Below, one piece after another: positions 1-8,959 of a stretch of 64,000 nt of DNA. This DNA comes from an uncultured Verrucomicrobiae bacterium. Its GTDB lineage: Bacteria > Verrucomicrobiota > Verrucomicrobiia > Limisphaerales > Palsa-1400. The notes under the pieces were generated by a model. That model was given only the letters and a program-made list of their open reading frames with translations, made no database searches and was not told the DNA's origin. A program made the translations under genes and the position numbers. Position 1 is the stretch's first letter. Each line of letters begins with the position of its first letter. The stretch is taken from positions 352,001 through 416,000 of the forward strand of contig CAVPOM010000009.1 in NCBI GenBank assembly GCA_963707025.1, given 5' to 3'.

Positions 1-407
1 TTGCCGTCGGCGCCGTACAAGGGGGTTTGAATCAACACGCCGCCTTGCAGGCTCTTGGCGTCGCCCATGGAAGAAACCACCACGTCCAGCCGGCTGCCAG
101 GTTTGGCAAAGGCGGGGATGTCCGCCGTGACCATCACCACCGCCACGTTTTTGGCCGAGAGGGTGGTAATCGGCACGGTCAGCCCGTAGCGTTGCAGAAG
201 GTTGGCCAGGGTTTGCAGCGTGTCAATCGGGTTCATATCGCCGTCGCCGGCCAGCCCGGTCACCAGTCCGAAGCCGGACAACTGGTTGTCCCGCGCGCCG
301 GAGATCATGGCGATGTCCTTGATGCGCGAACCGGCCGCCGCGGCGGAGCCGGCCAAGGCCAGCCACGCGCCCAGCAACAAGACGTAACAACAAAAGGCGC
401 GGCGCAT
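1..407 (-). CDS. flgI: Flagellar P-ring protein FlgI (5' part; runs off window)
   Basis: Manual translation from ATG at 407: signal peptide, then [31 protein letters not shown]...[38 protein letters not shown], the FlgI signature; directly downstream of flgH. Confidence 0.95.
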   Translation of the reverse strand, partial: MRRAFCCYVLLLGAWLALAGSAAAAGSRIKDIAMISGARDNQLSGFGLVTGLAGDGDMNPIDTLQTLANLLQRYGLTVPITTLSAKNVAVVMVTADIPAFAKPGSRLDVVVSSMGDAKSLQGGVLIQTPLYGADG

Positions 408-415
408 GGCAAACC

Positions 416-1054
416 TCAGAACGGGTTGATCTTGTCCCAAATCCGGTTGAACCAGCCTTTGTTCTGGCTGTCGGTGATGGCGCCGTGCGAAACGAACTGG
501 ATGGAGGCGTCGGCGATATTATAGCTGAAAACGGTGTTGTTGGCGGCGATGTCGTCGTAGCGGATGGTGCCGCGCAGGATGGCGTCCTGTTTCTCACCGG
601 AGAAGGCGGTGTGGCGGCGGCCTTCCACCACCAGGTTGCCGTTAGGCAGCACGTCAATGACCCGCACGGCCACCTGGTCGGTGATGGTTTCCGCATTGTT
701 GATCTGGCCGCCGCCGGAATACGTGTTCTTGTCGGAGAAATTCAGCGCCGGATACGCTCCGCCCTTGGTCAGCAATCCGCTGGCGGCGGGACCGTAAAGG
801 AAGCTGGCGATGCTGGCGTTGACCCCCGTCTGCTTGGCGGTGGTGGTGTTGTTATTGCGCGTGGCGGCGTTGTTTTGCTGCACGACGATGGTCACGATGT
901 CGCCCACCCGCCGCGCCTTTTTATCGGCGAACATGGAACTGGGCGAGGTGTCCGTTTTCCAAAGCGAGTCCGCCACGACGCTGGTCACCTGGAAAGTGAC
1001 CAACAGGGCGATCAAGTGGGCCGGGTCAAAGAGTAATGCGGATAGTTTCTTCAT
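416..1054 (-). CDS. flgH: Flagellar L-ring protein FlgH
   Basis: [43 protein letters not shown] motifs and C-terminal PF; start set at MKKLS (1054). Confidence 0.93.
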   Translation of the reverse strand: MKKLSALLFDPAHLIALLVTFQVTSVVADSLWKTDTSPSSMFADKKARRVGDIVTIVVQQNNAATRNNNTTTAKQTGVNASIASFLYGPAASGLLTKGGAYPALNFSDKNTYSGGGQINNAETITDQVAVRVIDVLPNGNLVVEGRRHTAFSGEKQDAILRGTIRYDDIAANNTVFSYNIADASIQFVSHGAITDSQNKGWFNRIWDKINPF

Positions 1055-2060
1055 TTTGGACCTTTCCAGATAATTCACGCCTGGTTTTGGGGTTGCGCAC
1101 CCGGACGATTTGCCCGAGCAAACCGTCTTCCAGGATTTCCACTTTGAGTGAAATGGTCAAACTCCCCTCCTCAAAAACCCCGTCCACCAACTGGCCGCGC
1201 TTGAGGAGCGGGCGCGGACGCACCGCGCGGCAGGGCACCGGCTGGCCGGCCGCGATGTTCTCCACCAGGGCCAGCGAGTTGTCGTCCTTGGAAATGTTCA
1301 TGATCGCGTCGCGCGTCGCCAAAAGGTCGCGGCGCTCCATCACGATGTCGGCCTCGCGCAGCAACTGGCCGCGCGTCAGCGGGGAATGGGCCACCGCCGC
1401 CTCCCGCCAAATCTTGGCCTGCAACACCGCCTGCCAGTGGCCGACCCGTTCCGGGCCGTTCCACAAATCAAATCCGGCCACAAAATTAGGAATGACACCC
1501 GCCGCGGGCATCTCCCCGAGGGTGAGACGCAGCGGTTCGTCCGGGACGGTCACCGCCATCCAGGGACGGGCAAAACCCAGTTCCAATTCGCCCAGATCTT
1601 TAACGTAATCCCGCTGCAGCGTCGCCCTGAGCAGACCGGTCATTTCCACCTCGCCCAATTCGCGGGTCAGGCGCACCACCCGCACGCGGGCAGGGCCGGT
1701 CCAGTTGCTGGCGCTCATGCCCGCCACGTTCGTCCGGGCCAGAGCGAGGACCTGGTCGCGCGACAAAAAGATCGTTTGGCCCAGGGAGGGAGCTGGGGCC
1801 AAACGAATTCGTGGGAGGGCCACAGGCGGGTTTGCGTTGACGATCTGATTGAGGAAAATGCCGGAACTGTCCACCCGCGCCTCGGAGGGCAACTGCCAGG
1901 AATGGGCGGGCGCCGCAAGCTCCTTGCCGGCCACGGTCAGGGCGGGCTGCGAGGGCGGCTGTTCTGGAGCATCGCCCGCCCCGGCAGGCCAGCCGGAAAG
2001 GACGGCGGCCAGCGCCAGGGCGGGAATGCTCATATTGTTCTGCAAAGGTTTCATGCTCAT
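1026..2060 (-). CDS. flgA: Flagellar P-ring assembly chaperone FlgA
   Basis: Signal peptide, SAF-like region, C-terminal LKRGQLV...EDGLLGQIVRVRNPKTRRELSGKV; lies between flgG and flgH. Confidence 0.9.
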   Translation of the reverse strand: MSMKPLQNNMSIPALALAAVLSGWPAGAGDAPEQPPSQPALTVAGKELAAPAHSWQLPSEARVDSSGIFLNQIVNANPPVALPRIRLAPAPSLGQTIFLSRDQVLALARTNVAGMSASNWTGPARVRVVRLTRELGEVEMTGLLRATLQRDYVKDLGELELGFARPWMAVTVPDEPLRLTLGEMPAAGVIPNFVAGFDLWNGPERVGHWQAVLQAKIWREAAVAHSPLTRGQLLREADIVMERRDLLATRDAIMNISKDDNSLALVENIAAGQPVPCRAVRPRPLLKRGQLVDGVFEEGSLTISLKVEILEDGLLGQIVRVRNPKTRRELSGKVQNEETIRITL

Positions 2061-2842
2061 CAGCGGCGCAGGTTGTTGCTCTCCTGCATCATTTCGTCGG
2101 CGGATTGCACGGACTTGGAGTTGACCTCGTAGGCGCGTTGCGCCACGATCATGTTGACCATTTCTTGGACGACCTTGACATTGGACATTTCCAGGTAGCC
2201 TTGTTGGAGCGTGCCGTATCCTTGTTGACCCGGCGTCCCCGTTTCCGGCGTCCCGGAAGCCAGGCTTTCCGTGTATAAATTGCCGCCAATGGAGTTCAGA
2301 CCCGCCGGATTGGTGAACCGCACCAACTGCACCTGGAAATTCTGATTGCCGCTGGAGGAGGTGGTAGTGACCATGCCGTTGGAGCTGATGGTCACGCCGG
2401 TCGTCCCCACCGGAATGGGCTGAAAGCCGCCCTGCAAGGGCAATCCGTCGCTGGTCGTCACTTGCCCGGTGGCGGATCGTTTGAGGGCGCCGTCCCGCGT
2501 GTAGGCGATTGAGCCATCGGGCATTTGCACCTGGAAAAACCCGTCGCCATTGATCGCCAGATCCAGTTGTTCACCCGTCTGGGTCAGTTCGCCTTCCGTA
2601 AAAACTTTCGCGGTCGCGACCACGCGGCTGCCATGGCCCACCTGGATGCCGGTGGGCAATTGCGTCCCGCTGCCAGCCTCGGCCCCCGGCGCGCGGGTCG
2701 TCTCGTAGAGCAAGTCCTGGAACTCAATCTTACTTCGTTTAAAGCCGGTCGTGTTGACGTTGGCCAGGTTGTTGGCGATAACGTCCAGGTTGGCTTGCTG
2801 GGCTTCCATGCCCGAGGCGGATGAATAAAGAGATCGCACCAT
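2060..2842 (-). CDS. flgG: Flagellar basal-body rod protein FlgG
   Basis: MVRSLYSSASGMEAQQ..LDVIANNLANVNTTGFK, YTRDG, LEMSNVKVVQEMVNMIVAQRAYEVNSK; 260 aa. Confidence 0.97.
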   Translation of the reverse strand: MVRSLYSSASGMEAQQANLDVIANNLANVNTTGFKRSKIEFQDLLYETTRAPGAEAGSGTQLPTGIQVGHGSRVVATAKVFTEGELTQTGEQLDLAINGDGFFQVQMPDGSIAYTRDGALKRSATGQVTTSDGLPLQGGFQPIPVGTTGVTISSNGMVTTTSSSGNQNFQVQLVRFTNPAGLNSIGGNLYTESLASGTPETGTPGQQGYGTLQQGYLEMSNVKVVQEMVNMIVAQRAYEVNSKSVQSADEMMQESNNLRR

Positions 2843-2850
2843 AAATTATA

Positions 2851-3612
2851 TCAGGCCGGGTTGCCCAGGTCGGCGATGGTTTTGCTCAAACGATCATCCT
2901 GAATTTGGATGACATGCTGATTGGCCTCGAAGCCGCGCATGGCCGTCATCAGGCTGGCCATTTCCAGCACCGTCGAGCTGTTGGAGGTTTCCAGATAGCC
3001 CTGGCGCACCGTGGAGGTGACCGGCTGGGGCTGAACGCCGGGGTTTTGGGCCACAAAATAACTGGCGCTGATCTGGGTGAGCAGCCCCGGATTGTTGAAC
3101 TCGGCCAGGGCCAGTTTGCCCTTTGAACTGGCGCCTTGGCTGATGTCGCCGCCGGAAGAAATGGTCATGGGCGTCGGGTCTTGCGGGTTCAGTTGCACCG
3201 GGATTTGAGCCGGCCCGGCCTGGCTCAACACCGGATAACCCTCCTTGGTGGACAGTTGGCCCTTGGCATTCATCTGAAATTCACCGTCCCGCGTATAGCC
3301 GGTCGTCCCGCCGGGCAGTTGCACCGCAAAAAACCCCTTGCCCTCAATGGCCACGTCGGTCGAGATACCGGTGGGCTTCATTTCCCCGCCGGTAAAATTG
3401 ATGCTCGTCGTGCCTTGGGGAAGAACGAACATTTGCGGAGATTGGCTCCCGTTTAAGCCGCCCGGCATCAATCCCGCTTGCACCGCCGCAATGGACAACT
3501 GCTGTTTCTTATAGCCGGGCACCGAACTGGACGCCAGATTGTCCGCAATGATCTCCTGCCAACGGCTGTTGGTATTCAGAGCGGCGCCTGCCTGGAACAA
3601 ACTAACATTCAC
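2851..3612 (-). CDS. flgF: Flagellar basal-body rod protein FlgF
   Basis: IIADNLAS..VPGYK, YTRDGEF, QGYLETSN..EMASLM..RGFEANQ; upstream of flgG; GTG start at 3612 gives the typical MNVSLFQA N-terminus. Confidence 0.85.
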   Translation of the reverse strand: MNVSLFQAGAALNTNSRWQEIIADNLASSSVPGYKKQQLSIAAVQAGLMPGGLNGSQSPQMFVLPQGTTSINFTGGEMKPTGISTDVAIEGKGFFAVQLPGGTTGYTRDGEFQMNAKGQLSTKEGYPVLSQAGPAQIPVQLNPQDPTPMTISSGGDISQGASSKGKLALAEFNNPGLLTQISASYFVAQNPGVQPQPVTSTVRQGYLETSNSSTVLEMASLMTAMRGFEANQHVIQIQDDRLSKTIADLGNPA

Positions 3613-3624
3613 GAACTCCAGCGG

Positions 3625-3640
3625 AGCAACGACTATGCCA
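3625..3640 (-). promoter_or_regulatory. Sigma54 (-24/-12) promoter of the flgF operon
   Basis: TGGCATAGTCGTTGCT on the minus strand = GG-N10-GC consensus, immediately upstream of flgF. Confidence 0.75.
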
Positions 3641-3753
3641 CGGGAAAAAGCCGTTGAATTACAGGCACTTACAAATTTCGAACCGCCCGACCGGGGCAAA
3701 ACTTGCCATGAGCGCCGGGCTAAAATTGCCCCTTTGCCAACGCGGCACGATTA

Positions 3754-4459
3754 TCAAACGAAGGCGCCAGCGATGCGCGGGCCGATTTGCATCCTCCCAA
3801 CGACGACCGCGCCGGCTTCCACCAAGAAATGCCAGGGCATGCACGTCGCCAAACAACCGCGCGGTGGACTTCAGGGCGACAGAGTTCCGGGCGCGGAGAT
3901 TGGCGGCAAGTTCCCCGGCGATTTCCGCTGAGCCAACCGTCAATGAGTCCGGCCAGCGAAAATGTGTTCCCAACGGAATGATCAGGTGGCTGGCAGTCAA
4001 GCTGCCTTTAATGTCGGCCGTCGGGTAAATCGTCAACGACCGTTCCACGGCCAGCTTGCCGCGGAATTGTCCCCTGATGACCGCGTCGCCCACAATGGAA
4101 TCGGTGTTAATGACACAACCTTTGGGCTCGATGACGAACACCCCTTTGGTCTTGAAATTCTTGCCGATGGCGCTCGTGATGCGATAATCGTGCAGGTCCA
4201 CGTAGGCGCTGCATTGTCTGCACATCGTGGACTCGGCGCTGGCCGGCACCTCCAGTTCGGCCCCGCACCCGAAACAGGCGACCCGTCTCTGTTGCGGCGC
4301 CGGGGCGGGCGCTTGCGGCGCAGGGCTGAGAATGTCCTGAACGCGGAGATGCCGCCCGCACTCTTTACAAAAGGTGGAGTAGGCCGAGCGCGGCTCCTTC
4401 TGCTGGTGCCCGCAGTGCGGGCAAGCCAGCAGGACCTTGTCCTGTTTGACCGCCGACAT
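3754..4459 (-). CDS. Double zinc-ribbon + bactofilin (polymer-forming cytoskeletal) protein; 1-bp frameshift near 3836
   Basis: Four CxxC pairs (CPHC/CKEC, CFGC/CRQC) followed by beta-helix repeats; removing one G of GGG at 3835-3837 restores the bactofilin-type end FLVEAGAVVVGRMQIG with TGA at 3754-3756. Confidence 0.8.
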
Positions 4460-4490
4460 TCAAAGTGTTTCCCCACCCCCGTCGCCGGGC

Positions 4491-4910
4491 TTAACGGCCG
4501 GCCTTGGAAAATTCGTGAGTTTTTGGCACTTCCATCGGACGCGCCGGGGGCGCCGCGGGTTGGACCTTGTTCGGATTGACTTCCGTTTTGCCGACAAAGG
4601 TCACCCCCTCCTCCACCACCAGTTTGGTGGCACGGATGTCGCCAAACAATTCCGTCTTGGACTTGATCTCAATTTTTTCCTTGGCGTTGATGTTGCCGTT
4701 GACCTTGCCGCGCACCACCACCGTTTGCGCGTTGATGTTGCCGTTGATCACGGCGCTGTCGCCGAGGGTCAAACTGCCCTCGGTGTTGATTTCGCCGTCC
4801 AGTTTGCCATCAAAGACCAGTTCGCTGGTGAACTTGATATTGCCTTTGACTTCGACATCGGAGTTCAACGTGTTTTTGGATGTGCTGCCTGTGTTCATTG
4901 TGTCCATCAT
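4491..4910 (-). CDS. Bactofilin (CcmA/DUF583 family)
   Basis: VEVKGNIKF..LVFDGKLDGEI...VVVRGKVNGNI.A.EKIEI...LFGDIRA.KLVVEEG.TFVG pattern. Confidence 0.92.
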   Translation of the reverse strand: MMDTMNTGSTSKNTLNSDVEVKGNIKFTSELVFDGKLDGEINTEGSLTLGDSAVINGNINAQTVVVRGKVNGNINAKEKIEIKSKTELFGDIRATKLVVEEGVTFVGKTEVNPNKVQPAAPPARPMEVPKTHEFSKAGR

Positions 4911-5009
4911 TCCTCCTTCTGTTTCATTGAAGTTATACTTAATGCAGAAAGACTATGACGTCAATGAATTATTTTCGCCCTGCATCCAGGCGGGCGCATC
5001 CCAGTTTTT

Positions 5010-5087
5010 GGCAGGGTCGCGGCGCTGCGCCAGCGCGCACGCCGTGCGCGCCGCGGCGGGTCCCGATCATTCGGGACCCGCCCTGCC
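5010..5087. repeat. REP-like palindromic element
   Basis: Bounded by inverted GGCAGGG/CCCTGCC; contains a perfect 12-bp stem GGCGGGTCCCGA-TCAT-TCGGGACCCGCC (5055-5082). Confidence 0.55.
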
Positions 5088-5120
5088 GCGTAATGCGGCT
5101 GCAGTATTTGTGAAACCGCT

Positions 5121-5945
5121 CTAATTGCGGGAGGCGGTTTGCGTTGCGCCGGGCGGGGCAATCCTCTCCAGCACATCCACCCCGTTGACCCTCTCGTAGG
5201 TGAGCTTGTAGGGCTGGCCCAGCGCCAAGTCCTTTAATTCTCCGGGCTTTTCGCCCTCGCCTTTCAACAGGATTTGGCAATCGTTAGCCAGATCGAATCT
5301 CACGTCGCCGGTCTTTTCCTTCGCTTGCAGAGTGCGATCTGTCGGGTCAATCGAGTCAACCACCGCGACCGCGGTCAAGCTCCGGTCGGTGATGCGGTAG
5401 GCCACCGACGAGCTGCCGGGCAGATCGTACAGGACGGTTATGCGGTCGCCGGAATTGAGTTGCGCCAGCGCGCCGCTGCGCCCGTCCGGCATGACGATGC
5501 CGCAGTTTGCCGCGGTGTGGAACACCTGGGGCGCGCGGAAGGGCGCGTAAAGAGGCGCCTGGGCCATCGTTACCGTGCCATCCTTCTGATTGACATCCCG
5601 AACCGTGCCATCGTAGCGCAAGGCCCGTTCGGTGATGCGGTCGGCCACCAGGACACCTTGGACATTCTGATAGCGAATCTCCACCTTCTCACCCGGTCGC
5701 AGATCGCTCAGGACGGCGCTGCTTTTATCCAGCGACGAAACCGCGCATTTCTGGCCGATGTGGAAGGTCCTTGCGAACCAAAGGGGCGGCCTCACCGCCA
5801 TGGTGTTGTCCTGCGGGTTCAAGGCAGTGAGCGTGCCCGTGCAGCTTTGTTCGTTGTTCATGCTCGAGGTCTGTTCACCGGCCTTCAGGCCCAGCGGAAC
5901 GGCAACGAGCAGAGCCAGTAATCCCATTGTGCTAATAGTTTTCAT
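5121..5945 (-). CDS. Exported protein with three tandem OB-fold-like (DUF5666-like) repeats
   Basis: Signal peptide; three ~70-80 aa repeats, each with a Cys and the motif L..L..G..V.I.Y......A.RI. Confidence 0.65.
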   Translation of the reverse strand: MKTISTMGLLALLVAVPLGLKAGEQTSSMNNEQSCTGTLTALNPQDNTMAVRPPLWFARTFHIGQKCAVSSLDKSSAVLSDLRPGEKVEIRYQNVQGVLVADRITERALRYDGTVRDVNQKDGTVTMAQAPLYAPFRAPQVFHTAANCGIVMPDGRSGALAQLNSGDRITVLYDLPGSSSVAYRITDRSLTAVAVVDSIDPTDRTLQAKEKTGDVRFDLANDCQILLKGEGEKPGELKDLALGQPYKLTYERVNGVDVLERIAPPGATQTASRN

Positions 5946-6051
5946 AATATAATCTCCTGTTGATTAGACGTTCTTTGGAATGGGGCCGTTCAAAATTCAA
6001 ATGGTTTCAATCACAAGTTACACGACATCAACGGGTTACGATTTAATCAGT

Positions 6052-6891
6052 GGTTCTTCGCTGTTTTCGGTGGAATTGGCCTTTCGTAGCCCGGGTTTCC
6101 TAACCTGGCTTAAGGTTCAGAACCTGTGCCGTGTACCCTGTTCAGACCCGGCCTCTGGCCGAGGCAGCCAACAGAAGCCCTCGATAAAGCGGTCATAAAG
6201 GGGTTAATGGTATTGTCATATTTTATCAAAGGAGTCAGACCATGGTTTTGTCCAATAAAATGCGTAATAGCCTGTAAATCATTTGGTTATAGATGGGTCT
6301 ATACAGGCCTAATATGCCCTCTCGCCATGACGCCCGCGCGATGCGACCGCCCTGAGAAACCGCGCCCCAGTGCCCTTGCGCCACCCTTCTTGCCATTTAT
6401 CATTTATCATTTTGCCTTTCCCGCCACCCCCCCTCCCCTCCGCGCATTCCTTCATTCATGATTTATCCTTTATCATTTATAATTTCCCATTCCCCTGCCC
6501 GCGATGGTGGGCGACGGCATGGAGGTGAGGCGAGGGCTGAACTGGCGGCCGTGCAGCACGAGCGCCGCATGGCCGTCCTCATGGAAACGGCAGCGCTGCA
6601 AGGGGTTACCGGTAGTATTGCACAAAGCATGGGCGTTTTAACACCTCCGAAGATGTAACGGCATGTAACGGGGGTGTAACGGCTCTAAAATGCGTAAGTG
6701 CTTGTGGTGCAACAGGTGTAACGATGTAACGGCTGTAACGGAGCAATGCTCCCCTTCCGCTTGACTTCACCGTCATACCCAATGTGTGTAACGATGTAAC
6801 GGCTGTTTCCGAGCAATGGTCGCGAGCGGACCCTGCGCTACTTCCAACGGTTGTCCTGGCGAAACAAATCCACTGAAAACAGCGAAGAACC
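6052..6891. mobile_element. 840-bp non-autonomous transposable element (MITE-like) with terminal inverted repeats
   Basis: GGTTCTTCGCTGTTTTCGGTGGA (6052-6074) vs reverse complement of 6869-6891 GGTTCTTCGCTGTTTTCAGTGGA (22/23); flanks TAATCAGT (6044-6051) and TAATCAGG (6892-6899) = 8-bp target duplication with 1 mismatch; no transposase ORF. Confidence 0.8.
6654..6818 (+). repeat. Array of eight TGTAACG direct repeats
   Basis: Copies at 6654, 6664, 6675, 6717, 6725, 6734, 6787, 6795; larger unit GTGTAACGATGTAACGGCTGT...GAGCAATG duplicated at 6716 and 6786. Confidence 0.85.
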
Positions 6892-6936
6892 TAATCAGGG
6901 GTCGCCCATCACTCCATCACTCCCATCAAGGTCAGA

Positions 6937-7671
6937 TCAGCCCGGCTGCTTCTTGGGCGAACGGCGGAAGCCGCACTTGATCCAGAGGCTCCAGACCATG
7001 ATCAAGGCTTCCCAGACGATGTTGCCGGACATCTTGGAGCAGCCTTGCAGCCGCTCAGTAAAGATGATCGGCACTTCGGCCACCCGCATCCCGCTCATCC
7101 AGATGCGATGGGTCATCTCGATTTGAAAGCTGTAGCCGTTGGACTTGATGGCGTCCAGTTGGATGGATTGCAAGGCGCTTCGGCGAAAACACTTGAATCC
7201 GCCGGTCGGGTCGCTGAAAGGCATGCCCGTGATCAGACGCACGTATTGGGCCGCACTGGTGCTGAGGAGCAACCGCCGCAAGGGCCAGTTGATCACGCGG
7301 ATGCCGCCGCAATAGCGGGAACCCAGCACCAGGTCCGCCTGTTGCGCCGCCTTCAGGAATCTGGGAGTGTCATCCGGGTTATGGGAAAGATCGCTGTCCA
7401 TCTCCATGATGAACTCATACTCCCGCTCCAGCGCCCAGGCGAAGCCGGCCAGATAGGCGCGCCCCAACCCTTTCTTCTCCTTCTCATGCAGCACATGGAT
7501 GGCCGGGTGCATGGCGGCCAGATCATCGGCGATTTTGCCTGTGCCATCGGGGGAATTGCCCTCCAGAATCAGCATGTCCACCGGCACGGCCAATTTCAGC
7601 AGACGATCGGCCAGGTGGGGAAGGTTTTCCCGCTCGTTGTACGTCGGAACAATGACCAGCGTTTTGCTCAT
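6937..7671 (-). CDS. Polyprenol-phosphate mannosyltransferase-like glycosyltransferase (GT2, Ppm1/DPM1-like)
   Basis: MSKTLVIVPTYNERENL, GLGRAY, EMDSDLSHNP, DPTGGFKCFRR, SNGYSFQIEM, IIFTERLQG.SKMS; start set at 7671, not 8838. Confidence 0.9.
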   Translation of the reverse strand: MSKTLVIVPTYNERENLPHLADRLLKLAVPVDMLILEGNSPDGTGKIADDLAAMHPAIHVLHEKEKKGLGRAYLAGFAWALEREYEFIMEMDSDLSHNPDDTPRFLKAAQQADLVLGSRYCGGIRVINWPLRRLLLSTSAAQYVRLITGMPFSDPTGGFKCFRRSALQSIQLDAIKSNGYSFQIEMTHRIWMSGMRVAEVPIIFTERLQGCSKMSGNIVWEALIMVWSLWIKCGFRRSPKKQPG

Positions 7672-7857
7672 TTGTATGTCAAACAGCCCAGACCCGCCAA
7701 AGGCCGCATGCCTTGCACCCTTTAAAGAAGCTAATGTCCGGGAAAAACTCAAGCCGTAAATCGCCAGAATGACAAAGTTCTTCCGCAATTGTGCGTGGCA
7801 AAAAGCACGGAACGCGATAAAGTCGGCCTGGGTTTGCAATGAAACCCAGGAAAACCT

Positions 7858-8643
7858 TTGAATCTTGTACACTATTGGTACCAGGCCCTGCATAGTCCGT
7901 GGTCCCTGCTGCCCGTCGCCTTGCACGTCTGGCTGCTGATTGACGCCATTCGGCGGGAGGAATGGCTGTGGGCGGCTTTTATGCTTTTTTTTCCCGGCCT
8001 GGCCGACGTGGTTTATTTTTTTTATGTGATGCGCGCCGCCCCTTCGGCGACGATGGGCTTCGAACTGCCGGGGGCGCACAGCCGCCGCCGCATCAAGGAG
8101 TTGCAGGCGCAGATCCACAACCTGGACAAGCCGCATCACTATCTGGAGTTGGGCGACATTTATTTCCAGAAGGGCAATTTGAAACAGGCCCAAGAGTGCT
8201 ATCGCGCCTCCCTGGAACGCGATCCGCAGGACATTGACGCGCGCGCCCACATGGGCCAGTGCCTGCTGCGCGCCCAGAATGCGGCGGCGGCCCGCCCGCT
8301 CCTGGAACAGGTTTGCCGCGAAAAACCGATGCATGACTACGGGCATTCCTTGATGGCTTACGCAGAAACGCTGGCCGCTTTGGGTGAGACGGATGCGGCC
8401 ATTGCCGTCTGGCAGCGAGTCCTGGAAAGCCACAACTACGCCCGCGCCCGGGTGCAATTGGCGGAATTGTATCTGGCCAAAAACCAGCGGGACCTGGCCC
8501 AGGCCGGTTTGCGCGAGGCCATCAGCGATGACGCGCACGCCCCGAATTTCCAACGCAAACGCGACCGGGTGTGGATGCGCAAGGCCCGGCGGTTGTTGCG
8601 GGCCGCCTCGCTCTCGGCGGTTAAAAATCACCTGCGGTATTGA
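7858..8643 (+). CDS. Membrane-anchored TPR-repeat protein
   Basis: Two N-terminal hydrophobic helices, then TPRs (YLELGDIYFQKGNLKQAQECYRASLERDPQD etc.). Confidence 0.8.
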   Translation: MNLVHYWYQALHSPWSLLPVALHVWLLIDAIRREEWLWAAFMLFFPGLADVVYFFYVMRAAPSATMGFELPGAHSRRRIKELQAQIHNLDKPHHYLELGDIYFQKGNLKQAQECYRASLERDPQDIDARAHMGQCLLRAQNAAAARPLLEQVCREKPMHDYGHSLMAYAETLAALGETDAAIAVWQRVLESHNYARARVQLAELYLAKNQRDLAQAGLREAISDDAHAPNFQRKRDRVWMRKARRLLRAASLSAVKNHLRY

Positions 8644-8812
8644 GGATAACCTGGCGGGGGGTTTGGTGGAGGCAGCACTGCCCACAAAACGAACAGTCAG
8701 AGGGCAGCTTTGGACAGGCGACGCATCCTGCCGGGAGCTTTTTGCCGCCCGGAGCAGGCCACCGATGCGGGAAGGCCGCGGCGGAATCCTGGTTTTGACT
8801 GCTTGAAAGGGC

Positions 8813-8828
8813 TGGCATCGCTTTTGCT
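8813..8828 (+). promoter_or_regulatory. Sigma54 promoter upstream of the type IV pilin
   Basis: TGGCATCGCTTTTGCT = GG-N10-GC, ~130 nt upstream of the pilin ATG. Confidence 0.7.
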
Positions 8829-8959
8829 GTGCAGTCATGTCGTCGTGTCAAAACAACGACGGGCTGGCAGCATTGGAAAAACCGGGCAACGTATTGATAT
8901 CATATTAACCCGCTGCTGGCTGTCATGAACGAAGTGACAAGAGAAAGCTCAGTCAAACT

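Noticed and set aside
6113..6131. Sigma54 promoter for the 5121-5945 gene
   Set aside because: CGGCACAGGTTCTGAA has GA instead of GC at -12 and lies inside the MITE-like element; insufficient support.
6654..6818. CRISPR array
   Set aside because: Repeats are 7 bp with irregular 1-46 bp gaps; no 23-47 bp repeat/spacer periodicity and no cas genes.
7672..8838. N-terminal ~390 aa of the 633-aa ORF 6937-8838
   Set aside because: Antisense shadow of the TPR gene; GT2 homology begins at MSKTLVIV (7671).
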